The position numbers and the translations under genes are program-made. 64,000 nucleotides of DNA from Rhizophagus irregularis (taxonomy: Eukaryota): NCBI RefSeq assembly GCF_026210795.1, contig NC_089433.1, positions 1,736,001 through 1,800,000 of the forward strand. The letters are read 5' to 3'. The notes beneath the pieces were generated by a model. The model worked only from the letters and a program-made list of their open reading frames with translations, did no database searches and was not told the origin of the DNA. Shown here piece after piece: positions 12,229-24,433 of this stretch; position 1 is the stretch's first letter; each line of letters starts with the position of its first letter.

Positions 12229-15215
12229 GGTGAATTACTTTAATGGTGTCAACGTTGTTTTTACTTTATTTATTTCGATACAAAGAAACGAGAGTTTTTA
12301 CAGAGATATAATTGCTTTTTTGATCGGTAAATATTCCAAGAAATTAGTCAAATTACGGATTACGGTCATGTGCTAATTTTAATCACATGAGATTATTAGT
12401 GTATATGTGATGTCGCTCCAAAGTTTGACTCATCTCAACAAATCGGATTACTATTTTAATCTTTCCCAATATGCAAGTAGCGCTCCGTAATTAAGAACTG
12501 TCAAACACTTTAGAACTTTTAATTAGCCCTCAATATTTGCCTCAAAAGTTTACTCCCACTGCACGAAAATCTAATAAGAATTTTCGTCGAAGAATGAAGT
12601 CACTCCAGATTCCCAGTCTCACACCTTTGATTATTGTAGGGATTTTCACATTAAAAGTATAATGTTCGGATCTCGCAACCGAAATTTCACATTTATTACA
12701 TTCTAGTGACAAATTGTCCCAATACGACCCAGCTATAGAGAAACGGTCCGGCTTAATAGTGAATTATGTTATTTTCGTTTATTGTAAGATTAGACATGAT
12801 CGATTTTTTTATTATTTAAACTTATTATACCTCATTCCTATCACCGGAAGAAGATTGCCTTAGGCGGCTTATTTTAGTTTCGATATATATTCTATTTAGT
12901 TATATAATTACCTGTAATTTGTACTGAGATTTGTGTTCTTTCAATATATAAAGACTAAAAATTTTCTTTTTTGGCAAATTTTTTGAAATATAACGATAAT
13001 AAAGAAAAGTAATAAGAGAATATTGTAAATAATAAAGGATTTACCTATATGGTTATGAAGTTACATTAATGATTTTGTTGAAAGTCTTTTCTTTTATATA
13101 ATTACATAGTTTTAACGGAATGAAAGAGTATGAAATAGTATGGATATTAGTAATAAGCCAAAGAATTATAATTGAATCATTTTCGTATCCATCTTTTATC
13201 TAAATCATCTATAATAAAAATATATTCTTCTGTCAACTATTCTATATTCGTATTAATTCATTAAAGATAAGTCAATTATAAGCAAAATCCTCGCTCTTAT
13301 TTAAAAAAGTTCGCGTTCTTTTCAAAAAGCGATAAAAGCGATAACTGGTTAACCATTCTTCTGGTAATAATCATAATATCTGCTACGGCTGAAGGGTATT
13401 AATAACTAACTGACATGCCATTCCATTCGTAAAAGATACTCTTGCATCAACTCATGTGAATAAATCAACACATGATCTTTAAAAATCTTATTTTATTCCA
13501 GTAGTATAACCTGTTTATTATATGCAGTTCGATATTTGAAAAAACGCATCCCATAATTTCAAAATTTTCAGATTTCATTATAAATATGATCTTATTCACA
13601 CAATAATCATTACAGATTTTAATCGACTAGGTTTCTAAAGAAGATTATTAAATTAATCGCTTCCTGACAGTTTCCTGACTGGGTTGATTCACAGTTTTTT
13701 TTTAAAAAAATTTTTAGCGTTTTAGTGGATTTGGAATGAAAATTATGAGAAAGAAAAAAAAATAAATAACGCTATAATACTCAATAAATTCGCTTCATAA
13801 CTTACTTCTTAAGTAAAATTGATATATTTAGTTATCTATCAAATGTTTTATTTTACCCATAATACCGCAAAGTCGCTAACGATTGTCTACTAAGCAGCGG
13901 TTTGATAAAACATGAAAAATTCTTTTCTCTTCCAATTGTATATATTATATTTGGTTATCGACTATCGCTTCTCAGTAGTTAATCGATCATATTTCAGTAA
14001 TTCGATCACGGAGATTTTTTTTTTAATATTTTTTTTTTTTAATTTTCAATGTTTTTAACACAAAATTAGTAACGAAATACCTCGTGATAGATTTTTAATA
14101 AGGTATTCTGTTATACAAATTTCTTGGCAAATTGCCCAATTCGTAAATTTTCCTATTTAAGTATAGACCTGAATTCTCCATTTTTAATTTAATTTTTTTG
14201 TTTATGAAACACAAGTAATCAATTTTTGGATAAATAATTTTTTTACTTGTGGGCTGAAATTTAAATATTTTAGTAAAAATTTCTCAGGAAAAAAAATCAA
14301 GATAACTAACAGGATTTCAATTTGTAAGCTAAATTTATATAATAAAAAATATGTATAATAATATCAATCCGCATTATAATCATGTTGACAGAGGAAGAAG
14401 CATTGTTCAAAATAACCTTCTAATCCATTTTAATTAAAATAAATAAGAACAATTTTTTCATTTGATAATCATAAAACATAATGACGTCATTTTAATTTAA
14501 TTTAGAAATCTCAAATGAAATATCATTATACTTAAATATTTTATTGTAGTATGATTGTAATATGAAAGATTTAATAGTAAATTTTTTTTTATTGGATGGT
14601 CCCAAAAACTTTGAATAAAAACTTTTTACAAGAGAGATTGTTTCTATTTCCTTTTAAATTTTTTAAAATCAAACCGTTTTAACCAAATTTTTACATATTA
14701 TTATCAAAAAAGAACAAAGACTTTCCTTTATATTAAATTGTATAGCAAGTTCGATTCCTTTTTTGTCATTAACCTAATGTCGTGAAGAAAACACTGCAGA
14801 AATTTTTTTTATAAGGCTGAAAAAAATTTTTTTTTTCTTCTAAAAAGTTTTGAAGGAAAGAAAATGCTCCGAATATTTTTTCCATTAATAAAGTTAAAAT
14901 TTCCTTTCATTTTTATTTTACTTTTTCTCAAAACCATAAATGAATTTTAAAGATTAAATATTTTTTTTATTATTAAACAAAAAAAGAACGGCCTCCCTTC
15001 CTAATTTGGACATAATGTTTAAAAAATTTGAAGATATGCATTAAACTTTTTTTGTACTTTATTATCTGCAGACGTTTTTTTAATGGTTATTTATACATAA
15101 ATACAAATTTCTCAAAAAAAAATTATTTTTTTTTTTTTCGAATTCTGGTTTTTTTTTTTTACCTTTTAATTTCTTTTATATTCCGAAAAAAAAAATTATC
15201 ATAAAAAAAAAAAGA

Positions 15216-15246
<31 letters not shown>

Positions 15247-15321
15247 CAAACAAATAAAATTAATAATAATTTAAATTTCTCTCTTTTATTTTTATTATTA
15301 TTTTTTTTTTTTAAAAAAAAA

Positions 15322-17759
15322 ATGGCTACAACAATTATAACCACTATTGATCTCGTATCTTCACCATTAACTGTGGAAACATTAAAATTCCCAATTGAAT
15401 CAAATTTTCGTAAAGATTTATCAAAAACACAGAACATTTGTAAAAATGTATTGAAGATATTTCAAGAAGTGAAAAATAATAAGGATCTTATTGATATAAG
15501 TTTAAATATTATTCATTCCGGGAATGATTTACTTTCGGAAATTCAACAAATTGTTGATGGATCACAAAATTCTTCTGAAATTAAAAAAGAAATTGAAGAA
15601 TCTCCTGCTTTTCAAAATTATAATAATTGTATATCAAAATTTGAAACTTTTAATCATTCAAATCCAGCTGATGAGGTAATAATATCTTACGTCACTTATT
15701 ACAACGCATACTTATATAATAATATTTATTAACCCTCTCTCTCTTTCTTTTTCTCTTCTCTTTACCTCATTTAGGTTCGTCGCGACTTAACAAAATTAAA
15801 TGATGAATTGAAAGTATCAACTGATGAATTACGTGATATATTTATTAAATGGAAATCCGGTCGTGTGGGATGGAATGGAAAGATTAAAAAAAAGATTAAA
15901 GCATTTGCTAAGATGGCGAATATTAGGAAATCTGTTACAGCTTATGAAAAAGAAATAAAAATTTGTGAAATTAAATCAGATTTCGTTGAACCACTGGAAC
16001 CACCTGTTGTTGTTGGAAGTACTATAAAAGGAACTTACGTTTCTTCACTTGTTGCTATAAAAGCGGTTGGAACCTTTGAAAAAAGCGATCCAAAACTTCT
16101 TGACCTTAAAAAGGAAATTGATTTATTAAAAAGTTTTAGTAAATGTCATCATATACTTGATGTGTAAGTATAAGAAAAAGTGTGCTTAACAACACATATA
16201 AAAAGAATTAATTACTAAAATATTGATATATATATACATATATATATTTTTTAGTTATGGATTTATTCGTCGTGGTACAAATTGTAGTGTTATTTCACGA
16301 TGGGGAGAATACAATCTTAAAACTTATCTTTCAGAAAATTTAAAACTGGAAATGGTGAAAAAATTAACAATCGCGTATGGAATTGCTGATGCGTTGAGTT
16401 TTATTCATAAACAAAATATTTTACATTATGATATTAGAAGGTATGTTTTAATATCAATATATTTTTTTTTCTTTAATTTAATTATTTTATTTATATCCTT
16501 TTCTATTTTTTTTTTAGTGAAAACATTTTCTTGGACTCTCAATTAGAAGCAAAACTTTCTAATTTCCGTACCGTTAATGATTCACCAATTTTCATGAAAT
16601 CAATTACTAAGCAAACAGATTCAAGGTGGACTCCTCCTGAGAAATTTCGAGGTGAAAATTATACTGCTGCTAGTGAAATTTATAGGTAATTATTTATCTT
16701 TTTAAAAATAAATCTATATATTTATAATTTAGTAAATTTAACATCTTTTTCTTGTTTTTCTTGTTTAGTTTTTCTTTAGTTCTTTGGGAAATCATTAATC
16801 ATAAAATACCATATCATGATGATACAAATATTAATCAAATTAAAACCAAAGTTCTTATTGGAATAAATCCACAACCTGAAGCAACTGTTGGTACTCCAAT
16901 CGAATATCAAAATATAATGAAACAAGGATGGGATTTATCCTCAAAACAACGTCCTAATGTTGATTATATGTGTGATATATTAAAAAGATTAGTAACAATA
17001 GAAAAATATTGGCCAGATGAAATATCTAGAGTTACTGATGTTAATGATGTTAAGAATAATTTTCTTTCTCCAAATTCTGCAATTAGAGGTGATGATGCTT
17101 CTTCAATTCATACAAATTGTTCAACGGATGGTGATTATATCTCTCCTGCTGGTTTAACTATTACTGCACCAACACATCTTGAAAAACGTAAAGGCCTTGA
17201 TAAACTTAATCCTTTCCAAAAACAGTTGGATTTTGATGAAGCGATTAATTTACATAATGAAAAAAATTACAATAAAGCATGGAAAATATTTAAAGAAATT
17301 GAGAAAAGAAATCAATCTCCAGAAGCAAAATTTTGGGTAGGACTTTATTATCTTAAGGGTTATCATGATAAAGGAAGTAATGGTAAAGCAGATCCAAGAG
17401 CAAGTAAATATTTATATCAGGCTGCGAAAGAAGGTCATCCTGATGCTCAATATTGGTACTCTATTTCAATATTAAATTATGGTTTGATAGCTAAAGAACA
17501 AAAAGATGAAGAACAATTTAAAGTCGCAAACGATTTTTTACGTAAAGCTGCAGATCAAAATCATTATTATGCTTTGAAAAAATTAGGAAGTATTATAAGG
17601 AAAGGAGAATATGGTAATATTAGTAATACCAAACTTGGAAATGATATGATTAGAAGAGCTCGTACTCTAGTTTCTAAATCATCACTTGAAACTGGTGTTA
17701 GACCATCATTTGATATCAGACCATCCGATAAATTAGCACGCCATAGTACTGTTAATTAA
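15322..17759 (+). CDS. Helical N-terminal domain (MLKL-like) + kinase-like domain (probable pseudokinase) + Sel1-like repeats, 5 exons
   Basis: VAIK, HYDIRSENI, DFG position reads NFR, RWTPPE, SEIYSFSLVLWE; C-terminal EAKFWVGLYYLKG, AAKEGHPDAQYWY, AADQNHYYALKKLG. Confidence 0.85.
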
Positions 17760-18711
17760 TAGTATATCAAAATATTTGAAATATTTATATTTTTAAAATA
17801 ATTTTATTATACATTATATTATATATTTAAATTATAACTTTATATATAAAAAAGTCAAAATAAATAAACGAATATCATATTTTTGCATAAAGTACACTTA
17901 TTATTCAATGATAATGCAATTGTTTAATTAATAATATGATGATATTATTTATTTTAATTTTAAGTGCATAAGAATGATTTCCTGTAATCCTGTTGATCTA
18001 ACCAAATACAACTAAAAATTTTTAATCGTCAGGCGATCTTGCTAATTTTATTTACACAGTTCCAAGTACATTTAATAAAATTATTTTTTCGAATTCTATA
18101 ATTAATTTTTTATATTTGATTAATAAATCTTTGTAATTACCGTAAACACATTTAATCACGTTGTAACTTGTTAAATGTTTCACTTAATTTTATTTTTTTT
18201 AGGAATACGCGATCCTTCCATTATACAAATTTTTTACAGTAATATCAGTAATATCCCAAGCATTAAATGATTGGTATAATTTGAATTATAATCCTCACTT
18301 TGTTATCATATTTCTAATAATATATTTTACGAATTCAAGGATCATGTGAAGAAATTCAGACATTAGTACATTCGATAAAACTCGGTATAATGTACTGTAG
18401 TATCTCACTAAATTTCTCTTGGCCGACATTTACGTTATATCTTCAAGGTCATTCAGAAAAATTCTACGAGAAATATAAGTAGAAGATTCATGTTATTTAT
18501 CAATTCGTATGTACAGTACAATATATTTCTTGTTGATTCGATCAAGCTATATTTTATTAAAAATAGTATGTGAAAACGTGACCGTTTACATTGGTCTAGT
18601 ATATGAAAAGAAATATTGAATTTACAAATATAAAAATTATATATATATGAGATAATGTTTTTTATAAATAAAGCAAAAGCAAAAAATAAAAATAAAAAAA
18701 TAAGCAAAATT

Positions 18712-20336
18712 TTAAAGCAAAGTTGATATCATGTCTTGAACATAATTAAGTGTGTCAAAAACATTATTCATAAATGCTTCTGTATTATTTAAAGTGACAC
18801 TTTGAGCCCAAGTATGATGTTTCAAGGTGATCAATTTTTGAGTGGAGATTCTGTTGTTAATATCACAATGTTTGATAGTTGCGAATGTAATATGATAACT
18901 TTCATTCCTTTTTTAAAGTGAAAAATAAAGATTTAGTCAATAATTAAAAAAAAATCACCGAGAGATACAATTAATAAATGTTACCTGAAACTTTTCTTTT
19001 CTATAACTTGTCGAATTACGGCTTTTTGCATTAAAGTATCAGAAAAATCACTGGATTTAAACCACATTCCATCTCTTTCAGCAAAAGAATTAGAAAATTG
19101 AATATTATTAATGATCTCTTCAACTTTTGAACCTTCAGAAGAAAGATCATAATGGGTTTTAAGCGAAAATCTAAAGTCGGGTGCTTTTGATCCAGAAACA
19201 ATATCAAAATTCGCTAGAAAATTTTCAAATAAAAGAAAAAATTTTAAAAAATAAATAAAAGAAAAAATTTTTTAATTTAGTTAAAATTAAATAATATCTT
19301 ACCTAGACGGTTAATGCTGTGTGAATGATTTACTACTTTCCATTTATTTTCATCTTCATCCCAACGTAATTTCAATTTTCTCTTCTTATTTGTTGATGTT
19401 GGAGTATAGTAAATATATACGCATCCTTTTGTTTTGTCTTTAGAAGGTCGTTTATGATGAACTTTGAACCCAAATTTTTGTTGAAGTACTTTGAAATCTT
19501 CGTAAACTTGGGGTGAATCTTGTTGAAATTCAACATTAACAGTTTTACCATCACGATTTCCATTATCCTCACCAGTGCTTCCTCGACGACCTCTTCCTGA
19601 TAAGACATTAAATTTATACCAATCCCTTAAAGTAAAAGAATCCTTGGGATTATCCATTTCAAAAAATAGGACTTTGCCAAAAAATATTCTGGGCTTTAAA
19701 ATAATTTTTTCGGAAAAAAGGGAATCTGCGGATCTTTGCCTAAAATTTGATTTTAATTTTGATGACAATATATCTAAACAATCATCAAGTTTATCGAATG
19801 TGTTAAATTGGCAAGGAGTAATATGAAGATAATCTTCAATATTAACTTCATCAAGTTCATCAGGCTCATTGTATTCATCATCATCATCTTTTATAAATTT
19901 AACGAAGTAACGAGTTCTTCCATTTGACGACTCTTCATCGGCTTCGACAAATTTAAGTCTGTTATTATCAAAACTTGACTCAGACAAGATAAAATAACTG
20001 ACTGTTGGAATAAAAGAGGTTTTTTCAAGTGTATCTCTAATCAAGATTTTTGCTTCCTCACGTTGAGATGAATTTCCAAAAATTCTTATCATTGTGTTAG
20101 ATGGTTCACTATCAACACGAATTCTTGCGCCAGATTGATTCCTAAATTTTTTTTTTTTTAAAAAATATATATATATATATTAAATATAATGATAAAATGA
20201 TAAAAAAAAAAGTGATATATTAAAATTTTAATATTTACTCAAATTGCCTAACTTTTGAGGATCCCCTAGGTCCGGTAACAAAGGAAAGTCTTTCATTTTT
20301 GGTAATATCGAAAATTTCTTCATCCATGGACGTCAT
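18712..20336 (-). CDS. KH-domain-containing protein of unknown function, 4 exons
   Basis: Exons 1-2 give LSFVTGPRGSSKVRQFE|NQSGARIRV...IRIFGNSSQREEAKILI (KH GxxG pattern); later exons join in frame by GT-AG to the stop at 18712-18714. Confidence 0.7.
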
Positions 20337-21012
20337 ATTTTTTTTTTTTATTTTGTGTGTAAAATTTGAAAGAATTTCTTCTTTTATGTAATCGTGTGAG
20401 AAATTTTAATTTGTTTTTTTTATAAATGAATATTATGAAAATCGTGCGAATTTGAATTTTTTGCTATCAAAATTCCCAAGTAATTATATATAAAAAAAAA
20501 AATACTTTTTTTAAGCAACAATAACACAGCCGCAGTGTTTAAGGGCGCAATCATATGATAACATTGTTAATAATAATTACCGAATACGGGAATGTTGATC
20601 ATATTTCCTGCAATTATTGAAACTTTATGTATTTTAATAAGTACTGTCTATGTACATCGGTTTTTGTTTGTCATATCTGATAAGATGACTCATGCAAAAT
20701 AATTACAATAATACCATTCGACGTAGTAAAAATGATTTTAAACAATAACACCTAATAAATGAGGGTACATGTAAATTTGGTATGATGATCAGATATATAT
20801 AATTTTGTTTTTGATTATGGGTTTTGATAACGGGCCGATCATTAACAAAATTAATTCTTTCTTTTCTTGAAGAAAAAAAAAAATAATATATACTTTTCAG
20901 GAGATCAGATTATGCATCAAAATGCATTAGATTACGCAAGTATACAACGTACACCTGATTATAAAATGTGTCATAAAAAAAATTAACCTATCAGTCTAAA
21001 ACATTAAAAGTC

Positions 21013-21570
21013 ATGATCGTTGAATACCCAAGATTCCGTACATCGATAATAATGATTTTCATTGTTATGATTAGTATTAGCATCGTTGTCATTCCTGTCG
21101 AATTAGGAGAAGCTTGTGTATTTTATAAACAATTTTCCCTTGTATCTATAGAAATAGGACACATTGGTTGGGGTTTGCAAATAAGTGGCACCAGCACTTA
21201 TGTTTATGGTTCAACCGATGGTCAAGAAACTTTACATATACCTAAAGGTCAACCAAATGGCTACTGGAAGGACCAAGGAAGTTATGAGAGTATGATTAAT
21301 GTTTTTAAATCTAAAGATTATATTAGTTACAATTGTGAAAAAGTAGAAAACAATAATGTTAATGCAGCATACATTAAAATGGCGGAGATAAAAGCGAACG
21401 GCTATGATGTTATTGGCAATAATTGCCTTGACCATACAATCGCCATTTTGATTTCATATAATGCAAAAGGGTTTCCAACAGAGTTTCTACCTAAAGATTG
21501 GTTCAGTGATTTGGGCACCGATGGCAACAATAATGGAGGAAGCTGGTCACCAGAATTCATAGGACTTTGA
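21013..21570 (+). CDS. Intronless putative secreted protein with permuted papain-like (His before Cys) motifs
   Basis: Hydrophobic N-terminus, GHIGWG motif and YDVIGNNCLDH motif; 185-aa uninterrupted ORF. Confidence 0.75.
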   Translation: MIVEYPRFRTSIIMIFIVMISISIVVIPVELGEACVFYKQFSLVSIEIGHIGWGLQISGTSTYVYGSTDGQETLHIPKGQPNGYWKDQGSYESMINVFKSKDYISYNCEKVENNNVNAAYIKMAEIKANGYDVIGNNCLDHTIAILISYNAKGFPTEFLPKDWFSDLGTDGNNNGGSWSPEFIGL

Positions 21571-22792
21571 TGAGGCCATGAGTGATTTGTGAAATCTAAA
21601 GATAGATAGAATATAGATAATCGTAACCATAGTGCAGGTCAACTATGGATATCATTTAAATAATAAATTATTCCTTAATTTTCTTCCATATATACAATGA
21701 GTTTGACACTAGAACATATGGTGAGATGACTAACAAAAACATGAATTAACATCATTTTTATTGACAGCCTTAATAAAATATATAGGTTACTTTTCGATAG
21801 AATTTATTTTGAAAAGAATGGTATAAGAACAAAAACCAAAAAAAAAATAATTATAAGGAAATTAATTTTACACAAAGACACAAAAAAAACGAAATTACTG
21901 CGTCGTCAGTTACCTGTTACCACATTAAATTTTTGACATGACCAGATCTAAGTATCTGTACAAATTTTCTTTAAATGGTAAGCTGAAATTGTTTATATAG
22001 TTGCTGCGGCGCGCAATTATTTTGTTAGGGGTTAATATTTGGTTAGTGTATTAATTTCATCAAAGTGCACAAAATTCTTTCATGTTTCGTTATTAATATG
22101 AATTTTTTCCTTATTATTATTAAGATGAGTGGCCATTTTAGTGCAAATAATGAAGGAGAAGTTACATATTAAAGTAACTATCACTAAAAATAAAGTGATA
22201 TTATAGAAATGAAAATGTATCCTTTTATAATTGGGTAAAAGATAAATGGAAATGATAAATTTTATCAATATTCTAATCTTATATTATTCAATTTATCAAA
22301 CAATTTATGATCGATCACAACTACATTTGTATTCGAAATCGATTATCTAATATATGTAATTTATTATCAAGTTGCGAAAATTTATTGTTGCCGAAAAAAG
22401 AAAATATATCGAATTCTTCAGTTACATAAATAAAGACATATGCGATTGTCGTTTGTTTGTTAATTGAGAATATTCATTATATTCGACATGTAATGCTGGC
22501 CCAATTGATTAATTTAATGATTGAAAAAAAAAATCTTTTTTTTTTTCATTCTCCGTTTATCGTTATTTTAAATTAATTTTTATATTATGTAATTAAATGA
22601 AAATATTTATCACTCTCATAATATTCATATTTCTTATAAAACCCTACCTCGAAAGTTTTTAATTTCAACGTTTCTATTTGACAAAACATTTCAAAATTCA
22701 ATATTATCAAATTCCAAACATATTTATCTAAATTAAATCTTTCATTTTTAGAAATATTTTTTCATACATTGATTTTTTTTTCGTTTATAAAT

Positions 22793-23266
22793 ATGAGATC
22801 ATTCCTCATTATTACTCTCTTTTTTACTATTAAAGTAATTGAAAGTTTTTCATTATCTGGAAAGAATGATCTTACTTATCATGCAAATTATAACAATGAG
22901 CATCATTCATGGAATCAAGCTAATATAAACTTAAAAAGTCGTCACCATTCTCTAGAATCTCGTAAAGAAACAACCGGTTGCATCGCAACCACTACCGTCT
23001 ACATCACAACTACCGACACTGGAACATACTTAACCACCACCGAAATCCCCTACACCACCACCAAAACCAAAACCAAAACCAAAATCAACACTGGCACCTA
23101 CTTAACCACCACCGAAATCCCATACATCACCACCAAAACCAAAACCAAAATCAAAACCAAAACCAAAACCAACACTGGCACCTACTTAACCACCATCGAA
23201 ATCCCCTACACCACCACCAAAACCAACACTGGCATCTACTGCTACACCGGCTTGCCTGGTACTTGA
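22793..23266 (+). CDS. Putative secreted Thr/Lys-rich repeat protein
   Basis: Signal-like MRSFLIITLFFTIKVIESF; three repeats of TGTYLTT(T/I)EIPY followed by TK runs of variable length. Confidence 0.6.
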   Translation: MRSFLIITLFFTIKVIESFSLSGKNDLTYHANYNNEHHSWNQANINLKSRHHSLESRKETTGCIATTTVYITTTDTGTYLTTTEIPYTTTKTKTKTKINTGTYLTTTEIPYITTKTKTKIKTKTKTNTGTYLTTIEIPYTTTKTNTGIYCYTGLPGT

Positions 23267-23360
23267 CCATCACCAATACCATTTAAATCACCACCACTAC
23301 CACCACCATCTACACCATCTACATCACCATCACCTACACTATACCATCAACACCACTATA
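22985..23360 (+). repeat. ACC-rich tandem repeat with aaaacc hexamer runs, extending past the stop codon
   Basis: Repeated cactggcacctacttaaccaccaccgaaatccc units and accaaaaccaaaacc runs. Confidence 0.85.
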
Positions 23361-23697
23361 AAAAAGTATTGCCTTCTCGATTAGCAGTGAGGTAGGTGGT
23401 AGAGGTGGTGGTCGTGTGGCTAGTGTAAATTATGTAATTAGTACATTTTCTTTCACTACATTTATATATATATATATATTTACATTGTTACATATTAGAC
23501 TGTATAATTTTAACGTTTTAGATTTTATATATGTGTATCTTAGATTTAATAAAATAAATTTTCATTTTATTCTACGTATAAATGCAATAAACGTCAAATT
23601 TGAATAAGTCCTTTCTAATTCGGTAACTTGGAAGATTTTAACAATACTTTATTATAAAATTATGAAAAAAATTGCAGCAAATGATATATATATGATC

Positions 23698-23782
23698 GAT
23701 ACCGATTTTATACCGACTGATGACTACATACCGATTTACACCGATTGTACCGATTATACGCATACCGATTCATACCGATTTC
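23698..23782. repeat. Short tandem TACCGAT motif cluster, possibly a TE subterminal relic
   Basis: About seven imperfect (t)accga(t) units within 85 bp. Confidence 0.5.
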
Positions 23783-24433
23783 CGCTGTATCTATTTATTA
23801 AACGTATGACCTAAATTGTCTGCACAAGGTATTTAACGTGAATTACCGTTTCTATAATTATTTACATTTCAAATTTTGAGAAATTCTCTTTTCACTGTGT
23901 ATATCTTATAAAAAAAAGAAAGCATTCACGTTTTAACTACTGGATAACAAAGTGTTACTCTTGTATACATCAGGAAATTTTTTCAGATGATATAGCGATA
24001 TATATCACTTTATCGATTTTTATCGCCATAAAAATAATAAAATACCGATAATTAACGAAATATGATAATTAACAATAATTATCTACCGATAAATTGCATC
24101 ATCCGCAGATATTGATAACTATATCTTTCGTAGAAAAAATTGAATTCTTAAATCCTTTAATAAAAAACAAAAGCAAATATCCAATTTGGAAGAATAAAAA
24201 TGGCCAGTAGATTTCACGAAGAAATGCTGACTCAGAATTAAATAAGATTGAATATAAAACATAGCATTAATAAAAAATTATTACTTTAATAATATTTTAT
24301 TTTATTTGAAAAAAACTCATTAGGAGAGATAATACAGTAATTTAAAAAGGCATATCGTATGTTAGTGATCGAAAAATATAAAAAGCTCAGTGTTATTAGA
24401 TGAAATAGAAAAAAAATATATTATATTGTTGAA

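Noticed and set aside
18200..18450. Possible small minus-strand coding fragments
   Set aside because: Short, interrupted, no recognisable motif
22978..23286. His/Gln/Asn-rich ORF as an independent gene
   Set aside because: Alternative frame of the ACC repeat, starting at TTG with no signal peptide
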